Origin: Alphaproteobacteria bacterium
GTDB taxonomy: Bacteria; Pseudomonadota; Alphaproteobacteria; SP197
NCBI GenBank assembly: GCA_964291265.2
Contig: OZ219747.1
Span: 2,880,001-2,944,000, forward strand
Reading direction: 5' to 3'
DNA length: 64,000 nucleotides
The notes below the pieces were generated by a model. It searched no databases. It saw only the letters and a list, made by a program, of their open reading frames with translations, and had not been told where the DNA came from. Every line of letters begins with the position of its first letter. Position 1 is the first letter of the stretch. Of the stretch, positions 22,752 through 32,992 are shown piece by piece. The position numbers were made by a program, and so were the translations under genes.

Positions 22752-23989
22752 GACGTGGCCTCCGCAGCTTCAGGACCCGCCCGCACCGTGGCGAGCAGGT
22801 GCGTCGGCTCCACCGTGAAGTCGAGTTCCGGATGTCCGGCTTCGCGCAACAGGCGCTGTGCGGTCGGTATCCCGACGCCGAATTTCTGCACATAGCCCAG
22901 CACCCTCATTGACTCGGCCAGATTCGGATTGCGGTAGTCTGTCACGCCTGGGCGGGCGAAGTTCGCCCTCGTGACCGACCCGAAGGGTCCTCCGGGATTC
23001 TGGATTTCGATCCTGTCGTCGAACCAGGTAACGCGCACGGGAGCGTTCGTCGTTTCGTAATCGCGGTGAATGACCGCGTTCCGTGCGAGTTCCCGCAAGG
23101 CAGCCATGGGGTAGCTGTCTACACGGCGTTCGATGTTCCGAGTGACGATGTCGACCCGGCGGAGGTTGTGCAGCTGAAGTTTGTCGTCGAGGCGCGACAG
23201 CATTTCTGAAACCGTGCCGACGATCATTCTCTCGTCAATGACCGGGTCCGAAAAGCCACGCCCCCCGACGCGCAGGAACTGTATGTACCCGCCCGGAACA
23301 TAGTCGAGTGGCCGCGTTCCGAGCACCAGCAAACCGAGAATCGTGGCCCGCCTGTCGTCGACGGAAGCGATCATCTTGGCCGCGGCCAGGCGCTCATCCA
23401 GACTTCGATCGTTGGCCAGCAGGAGTTCCCGGTCGACCGCATGGGGCAGATATTCGTCCTCGAACTGCCGTCGATTGAGATCGGCAATGCCGGTGCCCGG
23501 CACCGGCGAAACATCGAAAGGCCGGTCTCCATGGCGACGCCTCTCGTTCAGTATCCGCTCTTCCTGGGCCGTCGCCACAGCCCGGCGCGGACCGCTGCGT
23601 ATGTGGATTGCACCCTGGCAGCGCACCGGAGGCGAGTCGGAGGGCAGGACGGTCACGACGGCAATGTCGTGGCCTCGATACCTGCGCCTCTCGGACAGGA
23701 TTGCCGGCGGCGGCACGATGTTCCCGTCGCTGCGCATGTCGGCCAACGCGCGCAGCATCTCGTCGGTGACGAGGGTGCCGGCCGGGACGCCGTCGTCCCG
23801 CAGCCCGACAACGACGATGCCCGGGCGGCCCGAACCGGGGAGATCGTTGGCGAATGCGCACATTGCTTCCCGAAGCCGCGTCGGTGCATTGCCCCCCAGG
23901 GTTTCCTTGAATTCGACTCGCGCACCTTCCCCACATTCGATCATGCGCGCCAACTCGTCATCATCCAGTATCAGGGTTCTGTCGTTCAT
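22733..23989 (-). CDS. Schlafen/AlbA_2 domain + HATPase_c_4 (RecG-like C-terminal) protein
   Basis: Start MNDRTL at 23989 with GGAG RBS; EGARVEFKE, CAFAND, VVGLRDDG (AlbA_2); YP..ALRELARNAVIHRDY, DDRIEIQNPGG, RNPNLA, GYVQKFGVGI. Confidence 0.85.
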   Translation of the reverse strand: MNDRTLILDDDELARMIECGEGARVEFKETLGGNAPTRLREAMCAFANDLPGSGRPGIVVVGLRDDGVPAGTLVTDEMLRALADMRSDGNIVPPPAILSERRRYRGHDIAVVTVLPSDSPPVRCQGAIHIRSGPRRAVATAQEERILNERRRHGDRPFDVSPVPGTGIADLNRRQFEDEYLPHAVDRELLLANDRSLDERLAAAKMIASVDDRRATILGLLVLGTRPLDYVPGGYIQFLRVGGRGFSDPVIDERMIVGTVSEMLSRLDDKLQLHNLRRVDIVTRNIERRVDSYPMAALRELARNAVIHRDYETTNAPVRVTWFDDRIEIQNPGGPFGSVTRANFARPGVTDYRNPNLAESMRVLGYVQKFGVGIPTAQRLLREAGHPELDFTVEPTHLLATVRAGPEAAEATSWLRPS

Positions 23990-24402
23990 GGCTCCGCCTC
24001 GACGTTTCGCCTGATCGTCGACACGAAGGTCGCCCATGAAACCTTCGCGATGCCGCGCGCCGGTCCGAAAATTCGCCACGGGTCGCAGACACAAGGCGGA
24101 CGGTGGATGAAGCCGTCGTCGACAGGCGCGGTGGCAATAATGAAGGGTTCTTCCGCATTGAACGCCGCCAACATTTCGTTCCGCGTGATCGTGGTGGCCC
24201 CTGCGTCCGCGCACCGACCCTTGAACCTGATGAAGCGAAAGCTGCCGGTTCCGGGGTCGCGGCATTCGGTGTCGTCTCGTTGCTCCGGTTCTCCGACGCA
24301 ATGTCGCACGGCTCGCATCCGAGGCTGCGCTCCCTCCATGACAGCCTCCATTGCCTTGGCCTTGATCGCGGCGCGGGCGTGGGCGTCCGGCGTTTCCTCC
24401 AC
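23986..24402 (-). pseudogene. Degenerate DUF3883 (PD-(D/E)xK-like) C-terminal remnant of an SNF2-type helicase gene
   Basis: AMEAVM...DTECRDPGTGSFRFIRFKGR...TITRNEMLAAFN..FIIA resembles DUF3883 GYDIESRDP..LRFIEVKGR..TITRNE with the catalytic E lost; stop overlaps the AlbA_2 ATG. Confidence 0.65.
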
Positions 24403-24432
24403 CCGTTCGCAGACCGTTCACCCTATCAATCT

Positions 24433-24903
24433 AATACCAGCAGGCACGGTTTAGAAGCCATTGGCCCATTTTCCTGCCCCGATGGAGGCGATGCGTGCTG
24501 GTTGTGAGACGAGACTGTTCCAGGCATGTCAGCGGTGATCGAGTATGTCGTCGCAGCTTTTGAAGACGCGGTTCGAGAGCCAGTTGCCGCGCATGAACTG
24601 CCAGGCGTTTTCGACGGCACTGAGCTCGGGGAACCCGGGCGGGAGCGGCATCAGGGTCATGCTGTCGGAGACCTTGATGGCCGGGGATGTGTGCCATCCG
24701 GGGGTCATACAAGGACGGCATGGGCGACGGTTCTGCGTCCATCCCGGCCCCGCTGCGCCAAACCGCGCAACTGCGCCGCATCAAAATCCTCCCTCAAGGG
24801 GATTGCTGCCCACACAACGACCCTCCAATCGCAGAATCCTTGAGTTAGAAGTCGATAACCTTGGGAGTCCCCTCAATGAGGCTCAAACCTCAACCGCTGG
24901 TGC
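24433..24903 (-). mobile_element. Internally deleted IS630-family element
   Basis: Transposase N-terminus (AIPLREDFDAAQLRGLA) joined to C-terminus (HAVLV, GWHT, LPPGFPELSAVENAWQFMRGNWLSNRVF); short inverted ends ACCAGC / GCTGGT; boundaries approximate. Confidence 0.7.
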
Positions 24904-24939
24904 AACACGCTCAGATTCCGGATTGACTGCGCACCCCCT

Positions 24940-25630
24940 GATCAGGCAGGCCACTGGCGTGCGTCCTGTGGGCCACGTTTCCAGCGGTCTACCCGACCAT
25001 CATCACGCGCTGCAGGAGCGTCCTGATCCACGACTGCCGGGATGGGCTGTGACCAGTGACGACACAAGCTGTGCGGCAGCCGCCTGCCGCGCGAGACGGC
25101 CTTCGTCGTCGACGCCAACGGTTACCGCTGGGTGCGACTGACAAGGAGCCTGCTGAGCGAGGTCTGCCACGGGGTCAACAGGAGCGCATCCAGGACCCTG
25201 GACGAGACCGACCGCCGGGCCGTGCGCAAGCGGTACCGCACCATCCTGACCCAGGGCGCCAGGGAACTGCCCGGAATCCCGGCGCGGACGACAGGGCAGC
25301 GGGACGCATGGCAGGGTCTGGTGCGCTGAACCTGCACGAACGCCTCGTGACCCACGGGAAATCCGTCCGGCGCTTCACGGACAACCAGGACGTCAGCTTC
25401 GCCAACAAGCCGGGGAACGGAAGATCAGGATGGCAAGGGTCAGGATCAAGGTGTCCGGGTGCTTCCGCGCCAGGCGCCACGCAGATGCATGGCGCCGGGA
25501 CTCGAGCGGCCTGATCTCCTTGGCGGCATCCGGCTGCAACCCTCTCGTCTCAATTCACATCACGCCTGCCGGAATGGCCGCAGGCATGCTGAGGTTGCAC
25601 GACGACCAGTCAGACCCCGGCAAGGGGTGA
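24940..25630 (+). pseudogene. IS66-family transposase remnant
   Basis: VLIHDC, HKLCGSRLPRE, KRYRTILTQG, NLHERL, RMARVRIKVSGCFR, NPLVSI across shifted frames. Confidence 0.75.
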
Positions 25631-25811
25631 GCGATTGCCCTCCTGCCTGCCATGGAGCACTCCCTGCCTGTCGCAGTGCGAGGCGCCTGTCGCAGCAGCC
25701 GGGCGCCTTGCGGCACCCTTGACATCGATTGCCCCACCTTCCTCTTGGTCCGCGGGCGAGGCTGGAGGTTGACACGGCCGTTGGCGGGCCCGATAGTCTG
25801 CGGAGCCGCTG

Positions 25812-25997
25812 AAACCTGCGGGAGAGACCGGTCCCGAGACCGGCGCCGAAGGTGCAATCAGTCCCGAAATCTCTCAGGCAAAGGGACCGCAGGTGAATGG
25901 CTGCTCTGGAGAGAAGAAGGCGCTGATGCGTCTTCTCACCGAAGGGGAAAGCCGGTGTTCCGGTGATGCTCTCAGGTTCGGTGACAGAGGGGGCAGG
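25812..25997 (+). promoter_or_regulatory. Tandem glycine riboswitch
   Basis: Two aptamers, each with GGAGAG...CCGAAGG...CTCTCAGG; closing stems ACCTGCG/CGCAGGT and CTCTG/CAGAG; immediately upstream of gcvT. Confidence 0.93.
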
Positions 25998-26041
25998 TGG
26001 GGCGTGCGCACGCCTCCTTGGCAACGATCGGGACAGCTTCG

Positions 26042-27169
26042 GTGACCCCTGAAGACACTCTCCTCGAGACTCCCCTTGGCGCCCTTCACCGGGAGCTGGG
26101 TGCGCGCATGGTGCCCTTTGCCGGCCATGCCATGCCGCTGCAGTACGGGGCCGGAATTCTTGCCGAACACCGCCATACGCGCGAGCTTGCCAGCCTCTTC
26201 GATGTCTCCCACATGGGCCAGGTCCGCCTTTCCGCCAGGCCGCGGGCGTCCATGGAGAGCGTGGCTCGCGCCCTCGAGCGCCTGGTGGCAGCCGACATCG
26301 TCGGCCTCGCTCCGGGAAGACAGCGCTATACCCAGTTCACCAACGGCGCCGGGGGCATACTTGACGACCTGATGGTGACCTCCCTCGGTGATCACCTGTG
26401 GCTGGTGGTGAACGCGGCCCGCAAGCACGACGACATCGAGCGCCTGAACGTGCTGATTGGCGAGGAGTGCGATATCGAGATTCTCGAGACAAGGGCCCTG
26501 ATCGCCCTCCAGGGGCCGGCAGCCGTGGCTGCTTTCGCCCGCCTGATCCCGCCGGCGGACAGTCTCTCCTTCATGCAGGCGGCGCTGTGGACGCTCGAGG
26601 GCGAGACACTCATGGTCAGCCGATCCGGCTACACCGGAGAAGACGGCGTGGAGGTGTCGGTCCCATCCCGCGGCGTTGAATCCCTGGCGCGGCGTCTTCT
26701 CGCCGGGGACGATGTCGAGCCGGCCGGTCTGGGCGCGCGGGACAGCCTGCGCCTCGAAGCCGGTCTCTGCCTTCACGGTCATGACATCGATTCCACGACG
26801 ACTCCCGTGGAGGCCGGACTCGCCTGGTCCATCCATGAGCGGCGGCGTCTCGAGGGCGGTTTCCCGGGAGCCGACGTGATCGTCTCGCAACTGCGTGACG
26901 GCCCGCCGAGGCGCCGGGTCGGGCTGGTTGCGCATGGCAGGGCGCCGGTGAGGGAAGGGGCGGTCATCCGCTCCCTTTCGGGGGCGCCTCTCGGGGCCGT
27001 GACGAGCGGCGCCTTCGGTCCGACGGCGCAGGGGCCGGTCGCCATGGGATACGTGGCGAGCGATGCGGCCGCAACAGGAACAGTGGTCGAGATCGAGAGA
27101 CGGAATTCATGGGTGGAGGCCGAGATCCGGCCGCTGCCGTTCGTGCCACACCGCTATCACCGGTCATGA
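26042..27169 (+). CDS. gcvT: Glycine cleavage system aminomethyltransferase T
   Basis: TPL..LH, MPLQY, LFDVSHMGQ, GGILDDL, SRSGYTGEDG, GLGARDSLRLEAGL; GTG start inferred. Confidence 0.95.
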   Translation: MTPEDTLLETPLGALHRELGARMVPFAGHAMPLQYGAGILAEHRHTRELASLFDVSHMGQVRLSARPRASMESVARALERLVAADIVGLAPGRQRYTQFTNGAGGILDDLMVTSLGDHLWLVVNAARKHDDIERLNVLIGEECDIEILETRALIALQGPAAVAAFARLIPPADSLSFMQAALWTLEGETLMVSRSGYTGEDGVEVSVPSRGVESLARRLLAGDDVEPAGLGARDSLRLEAGLCLHGHDIDSTTTPVEAGLAWSIHERRRLEGGFPGADVIVSQLRDGPPRRRVGLVAHGRAPVREGAVIRSLSGAPLGAVTSGAFGPTAQGPVAMGYVASDAAATGTVVEIERRNSWVEAEIRPLPFVPHRYHRS

Positions 27170-27197
27170 CATCGGTAACGTGAGGGGAGAAGATACC

Positions 27198-27575
27198 ATG
27201 GGGAACAGGCTCTACAGCCGGGAACACGAGTGGATCGATGTCGATGATGGCATCGGCACCGTGGGCATCTCCGATTATGCCCAGGAACAGCTCGGCGATG
27301 TCGTCTTCGTGGAGTTGCCGGAATCGGGGCGCGAGGTGGCACGCCATGACGAACTGTGCGTCGTCGAATCGGTCAAGGCGGCCAGCGAAATCTATGCTCC
27401 CGTTTCCGGAGAGGTCATCGAGGTCAACGAGGCGCTCGGCGACGACCCGGCGGAGGTCAATGCCGATCCCTACGGTTCGGGCTGGTTTGTGCGGATCCGG
27501 CTCGCGGACGACGGACAACTCGACGACCTGATGGACGAGGGCGCCTACGCAGACTATCTCTCGGGGCTCGGCTGA
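27198..27575 (+). CDS. gcvH: Glycine cleavage system H protein
   Basis: [22 protein letters not shown], lipoyl motif [17 protein letters not shown]. Confidence 0.97.
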   Translation: MGNRLYSREHEWIDVDDGIGTVGISDYAQEQLGDVVFVELPESGREVARHDELCVVESVKAASEIYAPVSGEVIEVNEALGDDPAEVNADPYGSGWFVRIRLADDGQLDDLMDEGAYADYLSGLG

Positions 27576-28918
27576 TGCGCTATCTGCCCCTGACGGATAC
27601 CGACCGCGCTGCCATGCTCGATGTGGTCGGAGCCGGCAGCATCGAAGACCTCTACGGTGATGTTCCAAGGGAGGCGTGGTGCGAGAAACTTCTCGACCTG
27701 CCCCTCCACCAGGGCGAAATGGAAGTCGAGAGGGCGCTCTCCGCCATGGCGGAGAGGAACGTGCACGGCGGCAATGCACCGTTCTTTCTCGGCTGTGGCG
27801 CCTATCGTCACCATGTGCCGGCGGCCGTGGACTCCCTCATCCAGAGGGGCGAGTTCCTCACCTCCTACACGCCCTATCAGCCGGAGATCTCTCAGGGCAC
27901 CCTGCAGATGCTCTTCGAGTTCCAGACCATGGTGGCCATGCTGACGGGCATGGAGGTCGCCAATGCCTCGATGTATGACGGCGCCTCGGCGGCAGCGGAA
28001 GCGGTCCTCATGGCAGGCCGTGTGACAAGACGGCGGCGGGCTGTTGTGTCGGGCGGGCTTCATCCCCACTACCGCGATACCGTTGCCACCTACGTGCGCC
28101 ATGCCGACCTTGATGTCGTGACGCTGCCAATGGCCCTCGATGAGACGGACCTCGAGGCCCGGATCGATGGCTCGACGGCCTGTGTCGTCGTGCAGACGCC
28201 CGATGTCTTCGGTCGTCTCCATGACTTCTCGGCGCTGGCGCAAGCCTGCCACGAGGAGGGCGCGCTTCTGATTGTCGCCGTGAGCGAAGTGGTATCGCTC
28301 GGCCTTCTCACCCCGCCGGGCGACATGGGGGCCGACATCGTCGTCTGCGAGGGTCAGTCGCTGGGCAACTCCCTGGGATTCGGCGGGCCCTACGTCGGTC
28401 TCTTTGCCACCAGGAAACGCCATGTCCGCCAGATGCCGGGGCGGCTTGTCGGCGAGACCGTGGATGCCGAAGGACGCAGGGGCTGGGTTCTCACCCTGTC
28501 GACACGCGAGCAGCACATCCGGCGCGAGAAGGCAACAAGCAACATCTGCACCAACTCGGGCCTGTGTGCCCTTGCCTTCACCATCCATCTTGCGCTGCTC
28601 GGGGAGAGCGGCCTTGTCCGGCTGGCCGCCCTCAACCACGAGGCGGCACAGCGGACCATGGAACGACTCGTGTCCATCGAGGGGGTTTCAACGCCCAACG
28701 ATGGATTCTTCAACGAGTTCACGCTTGAACTCCCCCGGTCTGCCGCGGATGTCGTCGACCAGCTCGCCGAACGAGGCATCCTGGGCGGTGTACCGGTGTC
28801 GCGATTCGAGCCGGAGAACGACGAACTCGCGAACCTGGTGCTGGTGGCCGCAACGGAAATGACGACGGCGGGAGACATGGACACCCTCGCCGGCGCATTG
28901 CAGGAGATCCTGTCATGA
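27575..28918 (+). CDS. gcvPA: Glycine dehydrogenase subunit 1
   Basis: [51 protein letters not shown]. Confidence 0.96.
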   Translation: MRYLPLTDTDRAAMLDVVGAGSIEDLYGDVPREAWCEKLLDLPLHQGEMEVERALSAMAERNVHGGNAPFFLGCGAYRHHVPAAVDSLIQRGEFLTSYTPYQPEISQGTLQMLFEFQTMVAMLTGMEVANASMYDGASAAAEAVLMAGRVTRRRRAVVSGGLHPHYRDTVATYVRHADLDVVTLPMALDETDLEARIDGSTACVVVQTPDVFGRLHDFSALAQACHEEGALLIVAVSEVVSLGLLTPPGDMGADIVVCEGQSLGNSLGFGGPYVGLFATRKRHVRQMPGRLVGETVDAEGRRGWVLTLSTREQHIRREKATSNICTNSGLCALAFTIHLALLGESGLVRLAALNHEAAQRTMERLVSIEGVSTPNDGFFNEFTLELPRSAADVVDQLAERGILGGVPVSRFEPENDELANLVLVAATEMTTAGDMDTLAGALQEILS

Positions 28919-30402
28919 ACGACACGACATCGGGTGGCCATCGCGGCCTTGTCATGGACGAGCCGCTTGTGTTCGAACTCGACGGCGGCGGGCGCAGCGG
29001 AGTCGATCTTCCTGAACCGGAAGGAAGAACACCGAAGCTGGGCGGCGTCAGACAACGCCAGGCCATCGGCCTGCCGGGAGTCTCGGAGCCCGAAGTGGTA
29101 CGCCACTTCACGCGGTTGTCGCAGAAGAACTACGCGATCGATGCGGGGCTCTACCCGCTGGGATCGTGTACCATGAAGCACAATCCCCGGCTCAACGAGA
29201 AGGTCGTCAGACTGCCGGGATTTGCCATGGCGCACCCCCTGCAACCACCGGCGACGGCACAGGGTTGCCTGGAACTCATCGCCACGCTTGCGCACTGGCT
29301 CACAACTCTCACCGGCATGGCGGGCGTGGTCATGACCCCCGCGGCCGGTGCGCACGGCGAGTTCGCCGGTCTGATGTGCATTCGCGCCGCTCTCACTTCC
29401 AGGGGTGATGCACGACGCAGGATCCTGGTTCCCGAATCGGCCCACGGCACCAACCCGGCGACGGCAGCCCTCTGCGACTACGGGGTCGATACCGTGCCCT
29501 GCGACTCGAGAGGGCGCGTCGACCTGGCAGCCTTCGAGAGCGCCCTGGACGACGATGTTGCCGCTCTCATGCTGACCAACCCGAACACCTGCGGGCTCTT
29601 CGAGACCGACATCATGACGATTGCCGACATGCTGCACTCTGCCGGAGCCTTTCTCTATGCCGATGGCGCCAATTTCAATGCCATCGTCGGCCGGGTGAGG
29701 CCGGGAGACCTCGGCGTTGACGCGATGCACATCAATCTGCACAAGACCTTCTCAACGCCCCATGGCGGCGGTGGTCCGGGAAGTGGACCGGTGGTTCTCT
29801 GCGAGGAACTGCTACCCTTTGCGCCCTTGCCACGTATCGAGGCCGATGGCGATGACTGGCGGCTCGTCGAGCACGACGGCGACGGGCTGGCCTTCGGCCG
29901 CCTGCGCAGTTTCCATGGGCAGATGGGCATGTTCGTACGGGCACTTGCCTACATGATGAGTCACGGCGCCGACGGGTTGCGCCAGGTGGCCGAGGATGCC
30001 GTGCTCAATGCCAACTATGTGCTGGCGCGTCTTTCCCGCGCCTACAATGCGCCGTTTCCGGGACCGTGCATGCACGAGTGCCTTTTTGATGATCGAAACC
30101 TGCAGGACACCGGAATCTCCACTCTCGATATCGCCAAGGCGATGATCGATGAGGGATACCATCCCATGACCATGTACTTTCCGCTCATCGTCCATGGCGC
30201 CATGCTCATCGAGCCAACGGAGACCGAAAGCCGTCAGAGCGTTGACCGGTTCTGCGATGTCATGGTGCATCTGGCGGACGAAGCGAGGAAAGGAAACCGG
30301 GACCTCTTCCACCACGCACCGCGGCTCGCTCCCTGGAAGCGGCTCGACGAGACGGCTGCTGCCCGCCGTCCCGTCCTGACATGGGAGCCTGCCACAGCCT
30401 GA
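28915..30402 (+). CDS. gcvPB: Glycine dehydrogenase subunit 2
   Basis: [45 protein letters not shown] (PLP lysine). Confidence 0.96.
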   Translation: MNDTTSGGHRGLVMDEPLVFELDGGGRSGVDLPEPEGRTPKLGGVRQRQAIGLPGVSEPEVVRHFTRLSQKNYAIDAGLYPLGSCTMKHNPRLNEKVVRLPGFAMAHPLQPPATAQGCLELIATLAHWLTTLTGMAGVVMTPAAGAHGEFAGLMCIRAALTSRGDARRRILVPESAHGTNPATAALCDYGVDTVPCDSRGRVDLAAFESALDDDVAALMLTNPNTCGLFETDIMTIADMLHSAGAFLYADGANFNAIVGRVRPGDLGVDAMHINLHKTFSTPHGGGGPGSGPVVLCEELLPFAPLPRIEADGDDWRLVEHDGDGLAFGRLRSFHGQMGMFVRALAYMMSHGADGLRQVAEDAVLNANYVLARLSRAYNAPFPGPCMHECLFDDRNLQDTGISTLDIAKAMIDEGYHPMTMYFPLIVHGAMLIEPTETESRQSVDRFCDVMVHLADEARKGNRDLFHHAPRLAPWKRLDETAAARRPVLTWEPATA

Positions 30403-30484
30403 CGACACGATACAAGGGAATGGTGCCCGCTCAGACGTCGCGCGTCCGTCGGGCGCACCTCATGAAGGAGGGAATGCCGCCTGC

Positions 30485-30976
30485 TCAGGCGAGGCGCTGG
30501 TCGAGTTCGTCGATGGCATCGTCCACGAGACGTGCCTGTTCTCTGTCGTCAAGCCGCGTGTGGATGAGACTCGCGGTGGCGCCAAGAGCGAGGTCGACCG
30601 CAGCTTCGCGGACCTGGTTGACGGCTTCGGCTTCGGCCTGACGGATTCTCTCCTGTGCCGCCTGGCGTCGCTGGGCCAGTCGCGCCTCGAGTTCGCGGGA
30701 TGCGTTGCGTTTCAGGATTTCCGCCTGCTCGTGCGCCCGCGCCATGATGTCGGCGATCTCGGCCTCGGCATCGCGATGCTTGCGCCGATAGGAGGAGAGC
30801 AGCTCCTTGGCCTCATCGTTCAGCGCGTTCGCTTCATCAAGCCTCCTTGCGATCTCGCCGCTGCGCCTGTCGAGTGCGGAGATGATCATGGAGAACAGCG
30901 GCCTGGCGGCAATGGCAACGGCGATCACGAAGGCAACCGCCACCCAGAACGCGGGATCATCGAAGAGGTGTTCCAT
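30485..30976 (-). CDS. atpF: F0F1 ATP synthase subunit b
   Basis: FWVAVAF TM segment followed by LD.R...I..L.EA coiled coil; last gene of F0 operon. Confidence 0.88.
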   Translation of the reverse strand: MEHLFDDPAFWVAVAFVIAVAIAARPLFSMIISALDRRSGEIARRLDEANALNDEAKELLSSYRRKHRDAEAEIADIMARAHEQAEILKRNASRELEARLAQRRQAAQERIRQAEAEAVNQVREAAVDLALGATASLIHTRLDDREQARLVDDAIDELDQRLA

Positions 30977-30978
30977 GA

Positions 30979-31464
30979 TCAGTTCTCCCGGACCGCCGCC
31001 AACGCCTTCAACGCGTCTTCGTCACTGACCTCGGCGCCGGTCAGCCGACGGGTTGCCAGGCGCGCCGCTTCCACCGCCACTCCCTCGAGGTTGGCGAGAG
31101 CCGCGGTCCTGGCCTCGTCGATGGTGCATTGGGCCTTCCCGAGTTCACGCCCGATCTCGCGATCGAGCTCCTCAAGCTGCCGTTCCCCATCCTCGCCAGC
31201 CTGCTGGACCGCCTCGCCGATGATGGAGCGTGCTCTCTCGCGGGCCTCCTCGAGGGAAGCTTCGTACTCAAGGCGCGCCCGTTCGGCTTCGGCTCTCGCA
31301 CGCTCGGCGCCGTCAAGATCCCGTTCGATGCTGTGTTTGCGGTCGGTCAGGACACGGCCTATCCGTGGCAACGCGACAAACGCCATGACGACGTAGAGGA
31401 ACACGAAGCAGACCGCGAGCCAGAAGAACTGCGGCAGGAAGTGCCAGAATTCCAGCTGTGGCAT
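30979..31464 (-). CDS. atpF2: F0F1 ATP synthase subunit b'
   Basis: MPQL...QFFWL...LPRIG..L..R alphaproteobacterial b' signature. Confidence 0.9.
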   Translation of the reverse strand: MPQLEFWHFLPQFFWLAVCFVFLYVVMAFVALPRIGRVLTDRKHSIERDLDGAERARAEAERARLEYEASLEEARERARSIIGEAVQQAGEDGERQLEELDREIGRELGKAQCTIDEARTAALANLEGVAVEAARLATRRLTGAEVSDEDALKALAAVREN

Positions 31465-31496
31465 GGATCGTGCTCTTCCGGGTCAGACGCGGATGG

Positions 31497-31727
31497 TCAG
31501 AATACGAAGAGAAGAAGAAGGGCGATGAGCAGGGCGTAGAGCGCCACGGCCTCGACGAGGGCGAAGCCGATCCACATGAAACCCTGGACATTGCCGGCTG
31601 CCGCGGGGTTGCGTCCCACGGAGGAGATCATCGAGGCGAAGATGTTGCCGATACCGGCTCCGACGCCGCCCAGTCCGATCACCGCAAGGCCGGCGCCAAT
31701 GAGCTTCGCAGCTTCTGCATCCATCAT
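31497..31727 (-). CDS. atpE: F0F1 ATP synthase subunit c
   Basis: AAKLIGAGLA, GxGxGIG, RNP, FALVEA (proton-carrying Glu). Confidence 0.96.
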   Translation of the reverse strand: MMDAEAAKLIGAGLAVIGLGGVGAGIGNIFASMISSVGRNPAAAGNVQGFMWIGFALVEAVALYALLIALLLLFVF

Positions 31728-31778
31728 GAAAGGTCCTTTCCAGTTCGAGGAGGAATTGCCTGGACGGGGAGAAATCCG

Positions 31779-32546
31779 TCAGTGCATGTGAATCGCGTCG
31801 TGCAGGTAGATACAGCTCAGCACGGCAAAGACATAGGCCTGCAGGAACGCAATGGCGAATTCGAGAAGGGTGAGCCCGATCACTGCCGCCATGGGGATGG
31901 CGCCGGGGAGGATCCACAGGGCCCCGAGCGGCGCCACGAAGCCGGCGAACACCTTCAGCATGGTGTGGCCTGCCGTCAGGTTGGCAAAGAGGCGCAGACC
32001 CAGACTCACCGGGCGAATGAGATAGGACAGGATCTCGATGGGGACCACAAGGGGAGCGAGGAAACCCGGGACACCGTGCGGCAGGAAGAACTTGAAGAAG
32101 CCCAGGCCATGCTTCACGAAGCCGACAATCGTGACCCCGATGAAGACGACAAGGGCGAGACCGAAGGTGACGACGATCTGGCTTGTCACCGTGAAGCTGT
32201 ACGGCAGCATGCCCAGCATGTTGCAGAAGAGAATGAACATGAAGAGTGTGAAGACGAAGGGAAAGAACGGGCGGCCCTGATCCCCGACATTGTCCTCCAG
32301 CATGTTGGCGATGAACTCGTAGGAGATCTCCACCAGGGACTGCATGCGTCCCGGGACCATGCTGCGCCGGCCGATGAACACGGTGGTGAAGATGACGACG
32401 AGCGCGGTCGCCGCCATCATCCAGATGGCAGAATTGGTAATCGCAAGGTCGAGGTCGCCAATGCCGAACTCGACTGCAGACGACACCGCAAACTGCTCAA
32501 GCGGATTGTGCCCGGAGTCAGTCGCCACGCGTTCGATCCCCTTCAC
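31779..32546 (-). CDS. atpB: F0F1 ATP synthase subunit a
   Basis: PLEQF, PGRMQSLVE, FTVTSQ, RPVSLGLRLFAN, LQAYVF. Confidence 0.96.
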   Translation of the reverse strand: MKGIERVATDSGHNPLEQFAVSSAVEFGIGDLDLAITNSAIWMMAATALVVIFTTVFIGRRSMVPGRMQSLVEISYEFIANMLEDNVGDQGRPFFPFVFTLFMFILFCNMLGMLPYSFTVTSQIVVTFGLALVVFIGVTIVGFVKHGLGFFKFFLPHGVPGFLAPLVVPIEILSYLIRPVSLGLRLFANLTAGHTMLKVFAGFVAPLGALWILPGAIPMAAVIGLTLLEFAIAFLQAYVFAVLSCIYLHDAIHMH

Positions 32547-32851
32547 TTCCTTCTGTCGGGTTCGCGTTGCGACCCGCGAGTCATCATTCCAGCGGCCCTC
32601 ACCACATTGATGACACCGGCCGCCATGCCCAGGACCAGGAAGATCACCAGGAACAGCGGCGCGGTATCCAGTTCCCCGTCGATCCAGAGTCCCAGAAAGA
32701 CGGAAACGGCCAGGGCAGCAACCATTTCGACCGCCATGCGGACGGCCATGCCGTAACCGGACGCCTGTGCCTTCCCCGTCGTCCTGCCACCCTTGCCCGT
32801 CCTGCGGGCTGCAGCGATTCGTGCCTCAAGATCGGATGGATCATCCGCCAT
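32543..32851 (-). CDS. atpI: ATP synthase protein I (AtpZ/AtpI)
   Basis: EMVAA...GLWID...T.P.FL...LG.AAG..NV; first gene of F0 operon. Confidence 0.88.
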   Translation of the reverse strand: MADDPSDLEARIAAARRTGKGGRTTGKAQASGYGMAVRMAVEMVAALAVSVFLGLWIDGELDTAPLFLVIFLVLGMAAGVINVVRAAGMMTRGSQREPDRRK

Positions 32852-32899
32852 GTCGTCTCGCCAGCCGGGCGTCTGAGGGCCGCCGGAGAATGCGGGCGC

Positions 32900-32929
32900 A
32901 CATTAGAGAAGCCGTGGCGGGCGTGTCAA
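32900..32929 (-). promoter_or_regulatory. Putative sigma70 promoter of the F0 operon
   Basis: TTGACA-18 nt-TAATGT on the minus strand ~50 nt upstream of atpI. Confidence 0.5.
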
Positions 32930-32992
32930 TCGGCTTTGCCCGATTGACTTGCCTCGTTCCTTGACTTCACATGCGACGCCGCTCGACGGAGG

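Noticed and set aside
23990-24421. Long N-terminal extension of the AlbA_2 ORF in the ORF track (start 24421)
   Set aside because: Low-complexity read-through overlapping the DUF3883 remnant; RBS and domain start favour ATG at 23989
27575-30402. Glycine dehydrogenase split in two genes
   Set aside because: gcvPA/gcvPB is a normal two-subunit form, not a frameshift
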